Origin: an uncultured Armatimonadetes bacterium
GTDB lineage: Bacteria; Armatimonadota; Hebobacteria; Hebobacterales; Hebobacteraceae
Direction: 5' to 3'
DNA: 64,000 nucleotides
NCBI GenBank assembly: GCA_963716175.1
Contig: OY970296.1
Span: 1,376,001 to 1,440,000 of the forward strand
How positions within the stretch are numbered: the first letter of the stretch is position 1; each line of letters starts with the position of its first letter. Positions 1 to 8,776 of the stretch are shown piece after piece. The notes under the pieces are model-generated. The model did not search any database, was not told the origin of the DNA, and saw nothing but the letters and a program-made list of their open reading frames with translations. The position numbers and the translations under genes are program-made.

Positions 1-928
1 CCAGTTGCTGCGGCAAGAGGCGGAGAAGCGCGGCATCAAGGTGGACCAGAAGGAACTCGACTCCCGGATCGCAGGGCTGAAGGACTACGTGGTGGCCGGC
101 ACCGGCAAAGACTGGAACACCTGGCTCCAGGACTCAGGGCAGACCGAGCAGGATATAGAGAGCCGGGTGCGGACGCAGATTCTGACCGCCAAGCTGGTGC
201 TCACCCAGCAGGACCGCCAGCAGTATTTCGACGCTAACCAGGCCAAGCTGGAGGAGGTGCCGCACAACAACGAGTCGGTGATCTACCGCCAGATCGTGGT
301 CGCCACCAAGCCGGAGGCGGAGGCGATCCGGAGCGAGCTGTTGAAGGCGGCGGGAGGGAAGCCGGTCACAGACGCGGAGTTCGCGAAGCTGGTGGAGCAG
401 CGGTCCCTGGACCCGATGACCCGGTCTCGAGGAGGCATGCGAGGTTGGTGGGTCAAGGGGAAGGGGGATGGGCTGGAGAAGCCCACCCCAGAGATGGAGC
501 AGGTGCTGTTCTCGCTGAAGCCGGGTCAGGTGAGTGAACCGGTGCCGATGAAGATGAGCATGCCGCCGTCGGCCGCGGGGCAGCAGCAGTCCGAGGGGCC
601 GGAGCAGTGGCGGATTCTGATGGTGGATAAGCACTTCTCCCCCCATAAGATCACCTTGGCGGACAACGAGGACATCATCGAGGACTGGATGCTGAATGAT
701 CCCAGGTTCCAGTTTCAGCTCCAGCAGTTCTTCGAGAACCTGCGCGCCAAGGCGAAGGTGGAGATCCTCGCTCCCCGCTATCGGTCGCTGGGCGAGGCCT
801 ACCAGCGGCGCCGGGAGGCAAGGGAGCAAACGCCCGCGATGCCGAGGATGACGCCGCAGGGGCCGGCGGCTCCAGGGCAGCAGAGGCCTCCGGCCGGGCC
901 GGGAAGAGCCCCGGCGGGAAGAAGATAG
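1..928 (+). CDS. PrsA/SurA-like peptidyl-prolyl isomerase (parvulin-type foldase), 5'-partial
   Basis: SurA-N-like helices (EAEKRGIKVDQKELD) and a parvulin-like core (QIVVATKPEAEAI...FAKLVEQRSLD...RGG.RGW...FSLKPGQVSEPV). Runs in from the window edge. Confidence 0.8.
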   Translation, partial: QLLRQEAEKRGIKVDQKELDSRIAGLKDYVVAGTGKDWNTWLQDSGQTEQDIESRVRTQILTAKLVLTQQDRQQYFDANQAKLEEVPHNNESVIYRQIVVATKPEAEAIRSELLKAAGGKPVTDAEFAKLVEQRSLDPMTRSRGGMRGWWVKGKGDGLEKPTPEMEQVLFSLKPGQVSEPVPMKMSMPPSAAGQQQSEGPEQWRILMVDKHFSPHKITLADNEDIIEDWMLNDPRFQFQLQQFFENLRAKAKVEILAPRYRSLGEAYQRRREAREQTPAMPRMTPQGPAAPGQQRPPAGPGRAPAGRR

Positions 929-1005
929 GCCGGAGCGCAGAGGAAGAGGGAGCTGGCAACGGCGGGGCCGGACTGTGGCGGCCCCGCCTCGCTGGATAGT
1001 GTCCC

Positions 1006-1698
1006 ATGACGGACCCGACGACAACCGGAAAGAGGGCTCTGTTCGCCGATCTGGTGGAGATCATGGCCCTGCTGCGCAGCCCGCGGGGATGCCCATGGGA
1101 TCGCGAGCAGGACCATCGCAGCCTCCGGCGCTGCCTGCTGGAGGAGGCCTACGAGGTGCTGGAGGCGGTGGACCGGGACGACCCGGAGGCGCTCTGCCAG
1201 GAGCTGGGCGACCTGTTGCTGCAGGTGGTCTTCCACGCCCAACTGGCCGCCGAGGCCGGGCAGTTCGACATCGGCGACGTGATCCAGGGCCTGCACGATA
1301 AGCTGGTGGAGCGGCATCCTCACGTCTTTGGCGACAAGACCATCGAGACCGCGGAGGGCGTGATCGAGGAGTGGGAGAGCCTGAAGCGGCAACAGCGCCA
1401 GCAGAGCCCCGCCGAGCAGATGGCGGACGTGCCCCGTGCGCTGCCGGCCCTGGCGCGGGCTCAGATGGTGTTGCGGCGGGCGGCGCGGGCCGGCGCAGGT
1501 CAGACGACAGAGCAGGCACGGGCGAGACTGGAGCAGGCGGCGAAGGCGCTTCAGGTGGGCCACCAGCCGCAGGAGAGCCTGGGCGAGCTGTTGCTGGCGG
1601 CCGTGGACCTGGCGCGGCTCTCGGGGGTAGAGGCGGAGCAGGCGCTGCGGGAGAGGGTGGATAGGTTGGCGGAGGAGTTCGGGGGGAAGACCAGATAG
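1006..1698 (+). CDS. mazG: MazG family nucleoside triphosphate pyrophosphohydrolase
   Basis: LRSPRGCPWDREQ, EEAYEVLEA, ELGDLLLQVVFHA and RHPHVFG motifs. The second MazG domain is degenerate. Confidence 0.93.
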   Translation: MTDPTTTGKRALFADLVEIMALLRSPRGCPWDREQDHRSLRRCLLEEAYEVLEAVDRDDPEALCQELGDLLLQVVFHAQLAAEAGQFDIGDVIQGLHDKLVERHPHVFGDKTIETAEGVIEEWESLKRQQRQQSPAEQMADVPRALPALARAQMVLRRAARAGAGQTTEQARARLEQAAKALQVGHQPQESLGELLLAAVDLARLSGVEAEQALRERVDRLAEEFGGKTR

Positions 1699-1788
1699 AA
1701 CGGCGGGCATGCCCTTCGACTTCGCTCAGGGCAGACGCCGACGTGCCCGCCCTGCAGATGGATGAATACCGAAAGGAGTGGTTTGAAA

Positions 1789-4470
1789 GTGGCGAAGCAA
1801 GTTTACCTCTTCCATGAAGGCAACAAGGACATGAAGGATCTGCTGGGGGGCAAGGGCGCCAACCTGGCAGAGATGAGCAACCTGGGCCTGCCCGTGCCGC
1901 CGGGGTTCATCATCACCACGGAGGCCTGCAACGAGTACCTCCGGCTGGGCCGGCTCCCCGAGGGAGTGATGGAGGCGGCGGCGGAGGCGCTGAAGCAGGT
2001 GGAGCGGGACATCGCCAAGGGCTTCGGCGATCCCGCTAATCCCCTGCTCGTGTCGGTGCGATCGGGCGCGAAGATGTCCATGCCCGGGATGATGGAGACC
2101 ATCCTCAACCTGGGGCTGAATGATGAAACGCTCGCCGGGCTGATCAAGCTCACTGGCAACGAACGGTTCGCCTGGGATTCCTATCGGCGGTTCATCATGA
2201 TGTTCTCGTCGGTGGCCCTGCACCTGCCGCGGGCCAACTTCGAGAAGATGATGGACGCGATGAAAAAGAAGCGGGGTGTGAAGCTGGACACGGAGTTGAC
2301 CGCAGAAGACCTGAAGGCCCTGGCGGCGCAGTTCAAGGCCTTCTTCAAGAAGCAGATGAAGCGCGACTTCCCCTCCGACCCGATGGAGCAGCTTCAGACC
2401 GCGATCATCGCGGTCTTCAACTCCTGGAATATCCCACGGGCCATCTCCTACCGCAACTTCTACCGGATCCCGCACGACCTCGGTACTGCGGTGAACGTGC
2501 AGACCATGGTGTTCGGGAACATGGGCGATGACTCCGGGACCGGGGTGGCCTTCACCCGCGACGTGGCCACCGGCGAGAAGGTGGTCTACGGGGAGTTCCT
2601 GATGAATGCGCAGGGCGAGGACGTGGTGGCCGGGGTGCGCACCCCGATCAAGATCGCGGAGCTGGAGCGAGAGAATGCCTCCATCTATCGCGAGTTCGTG
2701 GGCCTGGCGACCAGGATCGAGCAGCACTACCGGGACGCCATGGATATCGAGTTCACCATCGAGCGGGGCAAGCTGTATATCCTCCAATGCCGGGTGGGGA
2801 AGCGCACCGCTCGCGCCGCCGTGCGCATCGCGGTGGAGATGGTGGGCGAGGGCCTGATCAGCAAGGACGAGGCGATCATGCGGGTGGAGCCGGCCCAGAT
2901 CAACCAGCTCCTGCTGCCGGACTTCGACCCCAGGGAGAAAGAGAAGGCGATCAAGGAGGGCCGGCTGCTGGCCAAGGGCCTGAATGCCTCCCCCGGGGCG
3001 GCCTCGGGCGCCGCCATCTTCACCGCGGACCGGGCGGACGAGCTGGGCTCCAAGGGCCAGGCGGTGGTGCTGGTGCGGCCGGAGACCACGCCGGACGACG
3101 TGCACGGGATGCTGGCTTCCAGGGGCATTCTCACCGCGCGGGGCGGCGCTACCAGCCATGCCGCGGTGGTGGCGCGGGGGCTGGGGCTGCCCTGCGTGGC
3201 GGGATGCGAGGCCATCCGGGTGGATGAAGCCAAGCGCATGTTCAGCGCGGATGGCAAGGTGCTCAAAGAGAACGACGCGATCTCCATTGATGGCACCACC
3301 GGCGAAGTCTTCGCGGGCCTGATCCCGACCACGGAGCCGGACCTGGACAAGGAGAAGGAGCTGCAGGCCTTACTGTCCTGGGCGGATGCGGTCCGGCGGC
3401 TGGAGGTGTGGGCAAACGCTGACTACCCACGGGACGCCAAGCGCGCCCGGGACTTCGGCGCCCAGGGCATCGGGCTCTGCCGTACCGAGCACATGTTCAT
3501 GGAGACGGAGCGCCTGCCGATCGTGCAGCGCATGATCCTGGCCGCTACCTCGCAGGAGCGAAAGCTGGCCTTGCGGGAGCTGCTTCCCTTCCAGCGCAAG
3601 GACTTCATCGGCATCCTGCGAGCGATGGACGGGCTGCCCGTGGTGATCCGGCTGATTGACCCGCCGCTGCACGAGTTTCTGCCCTCCTATGAGGAGCTGC
3701 TGGTGGAGGTGACGCGGCTGGAGACCAAGTCGCCGCGGTCGCCCAAGCTGAAGGGGCTGCGCCAGATGCTGGCGGCGGTGGAGAGCATGCGGGAGATGAA
3801 CCCGATGCTGGGGCTGCGCGGGTGCCGGCTCAGCATCGTCATGCCCGAGATCGTGGAGATGCAGACCCGGGCGATCATGGAGGCGGCCTGCCAGTGCGCC
3901 AAGCAGGGAGTTGATGTGCACGTCAAGATCATGATCCCACTGGTCAGCCACATCAATGAGCTGAAGTGGATTCACGAGCGGCTGGAGCCGGTGGCGAAAG
4001 AAGTGATGACGAAGAAGGGGGTGGAGATTGACTACAAGTTCGGCACCATGATCGAGATCCCGCGGGCGGCGCTGACCGCGGATGAGATCGCGCAGGTGGC
4101 CGAGTTCTTCTCCTTCGGCACCAATGACCTGACGCAGACCTGCTTCGGGTTCTCCCGGGACGACGCCGAGGGCAAGTTTCTGCTGAGATACGTGGAGGAC
4201 GGGATTCTTCCAGAGAACCCCTTCCAGACTCTGGATTCGGCTGGCGTGGGCAAGCTGATGCGGACCGCGGTGGAGTTGGGCCGCCAGACCCGGCCCGATA
4301 TCGAGCTGGGCATCTGCGGCGAGCACGGCGGGGACCCCAAGTCAGTGGAGTTCTGCCATCGCGTCGGGCTCGATTACGTGAGCTGCTCCCCCTTCCGGGT
4401 GCCCATCGCCCGCCTGGCGGCAGCGCAAGCGGTGGTGCAGGATAGGGTGGGGGTGAGCGACTCGCGGTAA
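1789..4470 (+). CDS. ppdK: Pyruvate, phosphate dikinase
   Basis: LLGGKGANLAEM, VSVRSGA..SMPGMM, GGATSHAAVVARG (phospho-His), GIGLCRTEHMF, FSFGTNDLTQ and GICGEHGG. An AAAGGAG RBS favours a start at 1783 or 1789. Confidence 0.97.
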   Translation: MAKQVYLFHEGNKDMKDLLGGKGANLAEMSNLGLPVPPGFIITTEACNEYLRLGRLPEGVMEAAAEALKQVERDIAKGFGDPANPLLVSVRSGAKMSMPGMMETILNLGLNDETLAGLIKLTGNERFAWDSYRRFIMMFSSVALHLPRANFEKMMDAMKKKRGVKLDTELTAEDLKALAAQFKAFFKKQMKRDFPSDPMEQLQTAIIAVFNSWNIPRAISYRNFYRIPHDLGTAVNVQTMVFGNMGDDSGTGVAFTRDVATGEKVVYGEFLMNAQGEDVVAGVRTPIKIAELERENASIYREFVGLATRIEQHYRDAMDIEFTIERGKLYILQCRVGKRTARAAVRIAVEMVGEGLISKDEAIMRVEPAQINQLLLPDFDPREKEKAIKEGRLLAKGLNASPGAASGAAIFTADRADELGSKGQAVVLVRPETTPDDVHGMLASRGILTARGGATSHAAVVARGLGLPCVAGCEAIRVDEAKRMFSADGKVLKENDAISIDGTTGEVFAGLIPTTEPDLDKEKELQALLSWADAVRRLEVWANADYPRDAKRARDFGAQGIGLCRTEHMFMETERLPIVQRMILAATSQERKLALRELLPFQRKDFIGILRAMDGLPVVIRLIDPPLHEFLPSYEELLVEVTRLETKSPRSPKLKGLRQMLAAVESMREMNPMLGLRGCRLSIVMPEIVEMQTRAIMEAACQCAKQGVDVHVKIMIPLVSHINELKWIHERLEPVAKEVMTKKGVEIDYKFGTMIEIPRAALTADEIAQVAEFFSFGTNDLTQTCFGFSRDDAEGKFLLRYVEDGILPENPFQTLDSAGVGKLMRTAVELGRQTRPDIELGICGEHGGDPKSVEFCHRVGLDYVSCSPFRVPIARLAAAQAVVQDRVGVSDSR

Positions 4471-4531
4471 CCGCAACGGCCAGGTCCGCAGATTACGCAG
4501 ACTTGTCCGCCTCAGGCGGATGGCGCAGAGA

Positions 4532-4564
4532 GGCGGGCCGGGCGAAAGCCCGGCCCGCCATTCA
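4532..4564 (+). terminator. Probable intrinsic terminator hairpin after ppdK
   Basis: Perfect stem GGCGGGCCGGGC-GAAA-GCCCGGCCCGCC. The U-tract is weak. Confidence 0.55.
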
Positions 4565-4823
4565 TGTGGCGGGACTCCCAAAGACGGTGGCAAGGGGCAT
4601 CTCAAACCACATGCGGGATTATGGAATGAGGCTGGTACATCGTCTCCTTTTCGGATGAGAAGCGGGGAGGAAGCGGCCTCCTGTCGCCAGGCTGCTCTCC
4701 TCGCTTCTCCGCGTCAGCACCAGGAGGACCCCGGCCCACGAGCGAAGCTAGCTCCGACCGCGCGGGCTTCGACTCGGCCACCCGATTCCGGCGCGGTTGG
4801 TGCCGCGGAAAGGGGTCTCAACG

Positions 4824-6911
4824 ATGAGCGCTTCGCGATATGCTCTCTTCGGCCTGTGCTTCTCCACCGCCATCTGCTCTGCCTGGGCCTCGACGCCGGC
4901 GCGGCCCCACGACTACCAGGTGATCATGTGGGTTCTGGGCGAGGTGTCCGGGAAGGAGGATCTGTTCTTCCAGCGCCTGCGCGATCTGCATGTGACTGCG
5001 GTTCAGATCTCGAACGGGGACTCGCCGGAGGTGGCGCGGAAGCACGGCCTCGATTTCTACGTGGAAAACATCCACCGCATCGGGTTTCTGCACGAGGCGC
5101 ACCAGGTCTACCAGGCCGACTGGGATGGCTACACCAAGACCCACGATAAGGCGTTCCTCATCCGCAAGCCTTGCCTCCACGACCCCACCTACCTGGCGAG
5201 GGCGAAGGACATCTTTGAGAACGCGGCGCGGCAGTACGTGGGACTGAAACCCCTGCTCTATGACATCGGGGACGAGTGCTCGATCACCAGCTTCGCCAGC
5301 CCCATGGACTACTGCTTCTCGGAGTTCACGCTGGCACGTTTCCGCGACTGGCTGAGGCAGCAGTATGGCAGCCTGGAGCGCCTGAACGGGGAGTGGGACA
5401 CGACGTTCGCGCGCTGGGAGGAGGTGGTGCCAATGACCACCTATGAGATCAAGGACCGGGAGCAGAGCGGCAGTGAGAACTACTCACCCTGGGCCGACCA
5501 CCGCACTTTCATGGACATCACCTTCGCGGAGAGCCTGGGTCAGTTCCGGCGCTGGCTGCACGAGACTGACCCTCGCACACCAGCCGGGCTGGAGGGCACG
5601 CAGATGCCGGCCGCCTTCGGCGGCTACGACCTGTGGCGGCTCTCACAGGTGCTGGATTGGGTCGAGCCCTACGATATCGGCGGCTCCCACGCCATCTTCC
5701 GCTCCTTCCTGCCCCCGGGCACTCCCACCTTCGCCACCATCTTCGAGCACGACGCCAATGCGGCGAGCCGGCGGCTCTGGCACCTGCTGCTGAATGGCGA
5801 CCGGGGCGCGATCATCTGGTGCAGCAGCGATTGGTTCGACTACGAATCAGCGGAGCTGAAGCCGCAGCCCTGGGTGGCGGGGATGGCCGAGCTGTTCGCG
5901 GAGCTCCGCGGCCCGGCGGCGCGGGCCATCATGCAGGCGAAGCGCGAGCGGCCGCCGATCGCGATCCACTACTCCCAGCCCTCGATTCAGGCGGCCTGGA
6001 TGATTGACTCCCGCGAGGACGGAGACACCTGGCCCCGGCGCTTTTCCTCCTACGAGGCCGTGCACTCCGGCATCGCGCGCGTGCGCACCAGTTGGATGAA
6101 GCTGATCGAGGACCTGGGGCTGCAGTACGACTTCGTGTCCTCGCAGGAGATCGCCGAGGGCAAGCTGGGCGCGCTCGGCTACAAGGTGCTGGTGCTGCCA
6201 GAATCGCTGGCCATCGGCGAGCAGGAGGCGAAGCAGATCGAGGCCTTCGCCCGGGGCGGCGGCACGGTGATCGCGGACTTCCTGCCAGGGGTGTTCGACG
6301 AGCACTGCAAGCGGCGGGAGGCGGGAGCGCTCGACGATCTCTTCGGCGTGTCACGCGGGGCCGCAATCGGGATGATCGTGCAGCCGGAGCGGAGCCTACA
6401 GGAGGGCTCGGGCCTGCCAGATATGGCTGAGCCGCGGTTGCTCAGGCCGGAAGGCGGCCCAGCCTTGATGGTAGAGAGGGAAGTGGGCAAGGGGAAGGCC
6501 TGCTATCTCAACATCTCCCCCATAGACTATGCGAAACTGCGACTCGTGGGGCAGGGACAGCTCTTCCTCCGGTTCGTCGGCGAGATTCTGACGAAAGCTG
6601 GCGCGCGCCCCGTGGTCAGAGTTAGCGCGGCCGATGGCGGCGGGCCGCCGGTGGGGTGTGAGGTGATCAGCTACCAGGGGGAAGGGTGCCGCTATGTCGC
6701 CATCATGCGCAACCCCGAGTACGGGGTCAGCGACTTGGGCGAGATCGGGTTTACCGACAACTCGCGCTTCGAGCAGCCGGAGCGATTAGCAGTCGAGTTC
6801 GAGCGGCCTGGGAACGTGAAGGAGCTGCTGTCGGGCAAGGATTTCGGGGAGACCGCGCGGGTGGAGGTAACGCTGGCGCCGTGGAAGCCGGTGGTGCTGG
6901 AGGTGAGGTGA
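4824..6911 (+). CDS. Secreted GH42-like protein with beta-galactosidase trimerisation (GATase1-like) domain
   Basis: Signal peptide, FRDWLRQQYGSLERLNGEWDTTF (GH42-like), IAIHYSQPS, and YKVLVLP...FARGGGTVIAD..PGVFDEH (trimerisation domain). Confidence 0.75.
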   Translation: MSASRYALFGLCFSTAICSAWASTPARPHDYQVIMWVLGEVSGKEDLFFQRLRDLHVTAVQISNGDSPEVARKHGLDFYVENIHRIGFLHEAHQVYQADWDGYTKTHDKAFLIRKPCLHDPTYLARAKDIFENAARQYVGLKPLLYDIGDECSITSFASPMDYCFSEFTLARFRDWLRQQYGSLERLNGEWDTTFARWEEVVPMTTYEIKDREQSGSENYSPWADHRTFMDITFAESLGQFRRWLHETDPRTPAGLEGTQMPAAFGGYDLWRLSQVLDWVEPYDIGGSHAIFRSFLPPGTPTFATIFEHDANAASRRLWHLLLNGDRGAIIWCSSDWFDYESAELKPQPWVAGMAELFAELRGPAARAIMQAKRERPPIAIHYSQPSIQAAWMIDSREDGDTWPRRFSSYEAVHSGIARVRTSWMKLIEDLGLQYDFVSSQEIAEGKLGALGYKVLVLPESLAIGEQEAKQIEAFARGGGTVIADFLPGVFDEHCKRREAGALDDLFGVSRGAAIGMIVQPERSLQEGSGLPDMAEPRLLRPEGGPALMVEREVGKGKACYLNISPIDYAKLRLVGQGQLFLRFVGEILTKAGARPVVRVSAADGGGPPVGCEVISYQGEGCRYVAIMRNPEYGVSDLGEIGFTDNSRFEQPERLAVEFERPGNVKELLSGKDFGETARVEVTLAPWKPVVLEVR

Positions 6912-6919
6912 GGGGCGCG

Positions 6920-7015
6920 GGGCAGGTCGCGGACCAAGGGCAGGTCGCGGACCAAGGGCAGGTCGCGGACCAAGGGCAGGTCGCGGACCAAGGGCAGGTC
7001 GCGGACCTGCCCTAC
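6920..7015 (-). repeat. Tandem array of REP half-units ending in a complete GTAG-type REP
   Basis: GGGCAGGTCGCGGACCAA four times (18-bp unit), then GGGCAGGTCGCGGACCTGCCCTAC, the reverse complement of GTAG-GGCAGGTC-CGC-GACCTGCC-C. Confidence 0.9.
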
Positions 7016-7026
7016 TGGAGGGGAAA

Positions 7027-7605
7027 GTGCTAGAGAAGCTCTGCCAAGCGGAGCGGCAGATAGTGAAGAACGAAATCCTGTTCTGGGCGGATCGAAAGTG
7101 GACCGTGCACACGCTGACGGTGATGCCTGACCACGCACATGTTCTCGCGACTCCGCTTGAAGCATCACCAGGCCGCTGGTTCCCGCTTTCTGAGATCGTT
7201 CGGAGCACCAAAGCCGGCTCGGCCCTCACTATCAACCGAGGCCGCGGCAGCAAGGGTGCGCTGTGGCAGTCAGAGAGTTTCGATCGTATCATCCGCGACG
7301 ACCGTGAGTTCCACGAGAAGGAAGGCTACGTGATTGAGAATGCCGTCCGCGCAGGGCTGGTCGAAGATCCGTGGCAGTGGGACGGCCTATGGCATCCGAG
7401 CATGGGTGACAGTAGGGTACGTCCGCGACCTGCCCAAGGTAGCGAAGACGAGAGTCGTAGGGCAGGTCCGCGACCTGCCCAAAGCACAAGCCCGGGCTCT
7501 CGGGGTATCCCGATGGATGAGCTGATCATCAGGAGGCGGAGGAAGCTACCTCACTGGCAGCTTGCCGGCTCGACGTACTTCGTCACGTTTCGTCTGAAAG
7601 CATGA
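7027..7605 (+). mobile_element. REP-associated tyrosine transposase (RAYT, Y1 HUH family), apparently circularly permuted
   Basis: VMPDHAHVL (HUH), LWQSESFDRIIRD and YVIENAVRAGLV (catalytic Tyr). The usual N-terminal RRRKLPHWQLAGSTYFVTFRL motif is at the C-terminus. GGAGGGG RBS before the GTG. Flanked by GTAG REPs. Confidence 0.88.
7412..7480 (+). repeat. Two REP copies inside the RAYT ORF
   Basis: GTAGGGTACGTCCGCGACCTGCCC (7412-7435) and GTAGGGCAGGTCCGCGACCTGCCC (7457-7480). Confidence 0.9.
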
Positions 7606-7622
7606 GCCGCCTGCGGCGGCTG

Positions 7623-7646
7623 GGGCAGGTCGCGGACCTACCCTAC
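7623..7646 (-). repeat. REP copy downstream of the RAYT
   Basis: GGGCAGGTCGCGGACCTACCCTAC. Confidence 0.88.
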
Positions 7647-7781
7647 CGGCTGCCGGCTCTTCCTTGGCGCTTCGTGTCCGACCAGGGGCTGTCTGGCCTC
7701 CAGGCAGGATGTGATGAAGTACATGTGACCGGCGAGGTCAACTCTGGGCAGGCGGCGGTAAGGCATGGCGGGAGGTTCAGT

Positions 7782-7807
7782 GGCAGGAGTTCCTGCTCCT
7801 GCCCAAC
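7782..7807 (-). repeat. REP-like palindrome, family B (GTTG foot)
   Basis: GGCAGGAGTTCCTGCTCCTGCCCAAC. Related copies at 8740-8765 and 41006-41031. Confidence 0.75.
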
Positions 7808-7812
7808 AGGTC

Positions 7813-8253
7813 TCACATATGCTCTGTGCTCCTGTGGCGTATCAGGTCATCCATCACGCGATCGGCCTCAGCGTTGAGTCGTCGGATGGCCTGGTCCGCA
7901 CGGTCCGCGGCCTCTCTGTTCTCCAGTATCTCGGCGGCCTCACGCTTGGTGATCCAGCCATCAACCTGCTGGCGCAGATGCAACAACCGTCCCTCTAGTT
8001 CGTCGGTCACCTTGTCAGCGGATATCGTACGTGAGCTGTCCAGGCGCGGCGCGGTCCGCAGGTCATCCGAGGGCGGTGGTTGGCTGACAGTCCCAGACCT
8101 CTTCGTCTGGCGGATGCCTGGTTCGTCAACCTCAGGCGCAGCCTCCTGCGGCTCAGTACTGGTCCCAGTCGCTTTGGGCGGCTGCGCCCTCGTGGCTCGC
8201 TTCCAAAGCCAGTAGACGACTGCCGCTATTCCTCCGGCCGTGAGGACGTCCAT
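7813..8253 (-). CDS. Hypothetical protein with N-terminal membrane anchor
   Basis: 146 aa with hydrophobic N-terminus (AGGIAAVVYWLWK), a linker and a helical C-terminus. GGAGG RBS. Confidence 0.6.
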   Translation of the reverse strand: MDVLTAGGIAAVVYWLWKRATRAQPPKATGTSTEPQEAAPEVDEPGIRQTKRSGTVSQPPPSDDLRTAPRLDSSRTISADKVTDELEGRLLHLRQQVDGWITKREAAEILENREAADRADQAIRRLNAEADRVMDDLIRHRSTEHM

Positions 8254-8388
8254 CGGGTGCCTCCAGGCTGAATGGGCGCCATGACGCGATCGGGTGTTGC
8301 AGCTAGTGAGCCCCAGTTCCTCCTCGCCTGGTCCGCCTCACACTTCGTGTTGCCCCCGCGGTTCGGCGGCAAAGCAACAACGGGGATC

Positions 8389-8715
8389 TCATGTCTTCTG
8401 GCCAGGGCGCGCTGCCTCTGTTGGGGTGGCACAGAACTCCCTCTCCCTGGCTGAAAGCTCTTCCCACAAGCGGACAGCCCGCCAGTCCAGACCTGGGATC
8501 GCGCAGAGATCCTTGCCAGTCCTCGGATCGTGGTGTATGACAGCTACTGTGTGACCGCGCCGCTGCAGGTGCTCGAGTTCAGGCTCGGCGAACCAACGCC
8601 AGTCCTCGTTGACATACATCTTGCCAGGGCCATCACGTGCATCCCGCTCAGCCATTACCCAGAAGCCCAGGGTGCCGTCTGCGAACTTGTGCTTCGCCAG
8701 CACTCCGTACGTCAT
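8389..8715 (-). CDS. Hypothetical protein
   Basis: ~108-aa ORF with an AGGAGG RBS. No recognisable family. Confidence 0.5.
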   Translation of the reverse strand: MTYGVLAKHKFADGTLGFWVMAERDARDGPGKMYVNEDWRWFAEPELEHLQRRGHTVAVIHHDPRTGKDLCAIPGLDWRAVRLWEELSAREREFCATPTEAARPGQKT

Positions 8716-8739
8716 CGGCACCTCCTGTCATGGTCTTGT

Positions 8740-8765
8740 GGCAGGAGCTTCCGCTCCTGCCCAAC
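8740..8765 (-). repeat. REP-like palindrome, family B
   Basis: GGCAGGAGCTTCCGCTCCTGCCCAAC. Confidence 0.75.
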
Positions 8766-8776
8766 GGATCGCTGCG

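Noticed and set aside
4657-4709. Riboswitch upstream of the GH42-like gene
   Set aside because: A long imperfect hairpin is present, but it has no recognisable aptamer consensus.
6920-7015. CRISPR array
   Set aside because: The 18-bp units are directly adjacent with no unique spacers and no cas genes; they are REP fragments.
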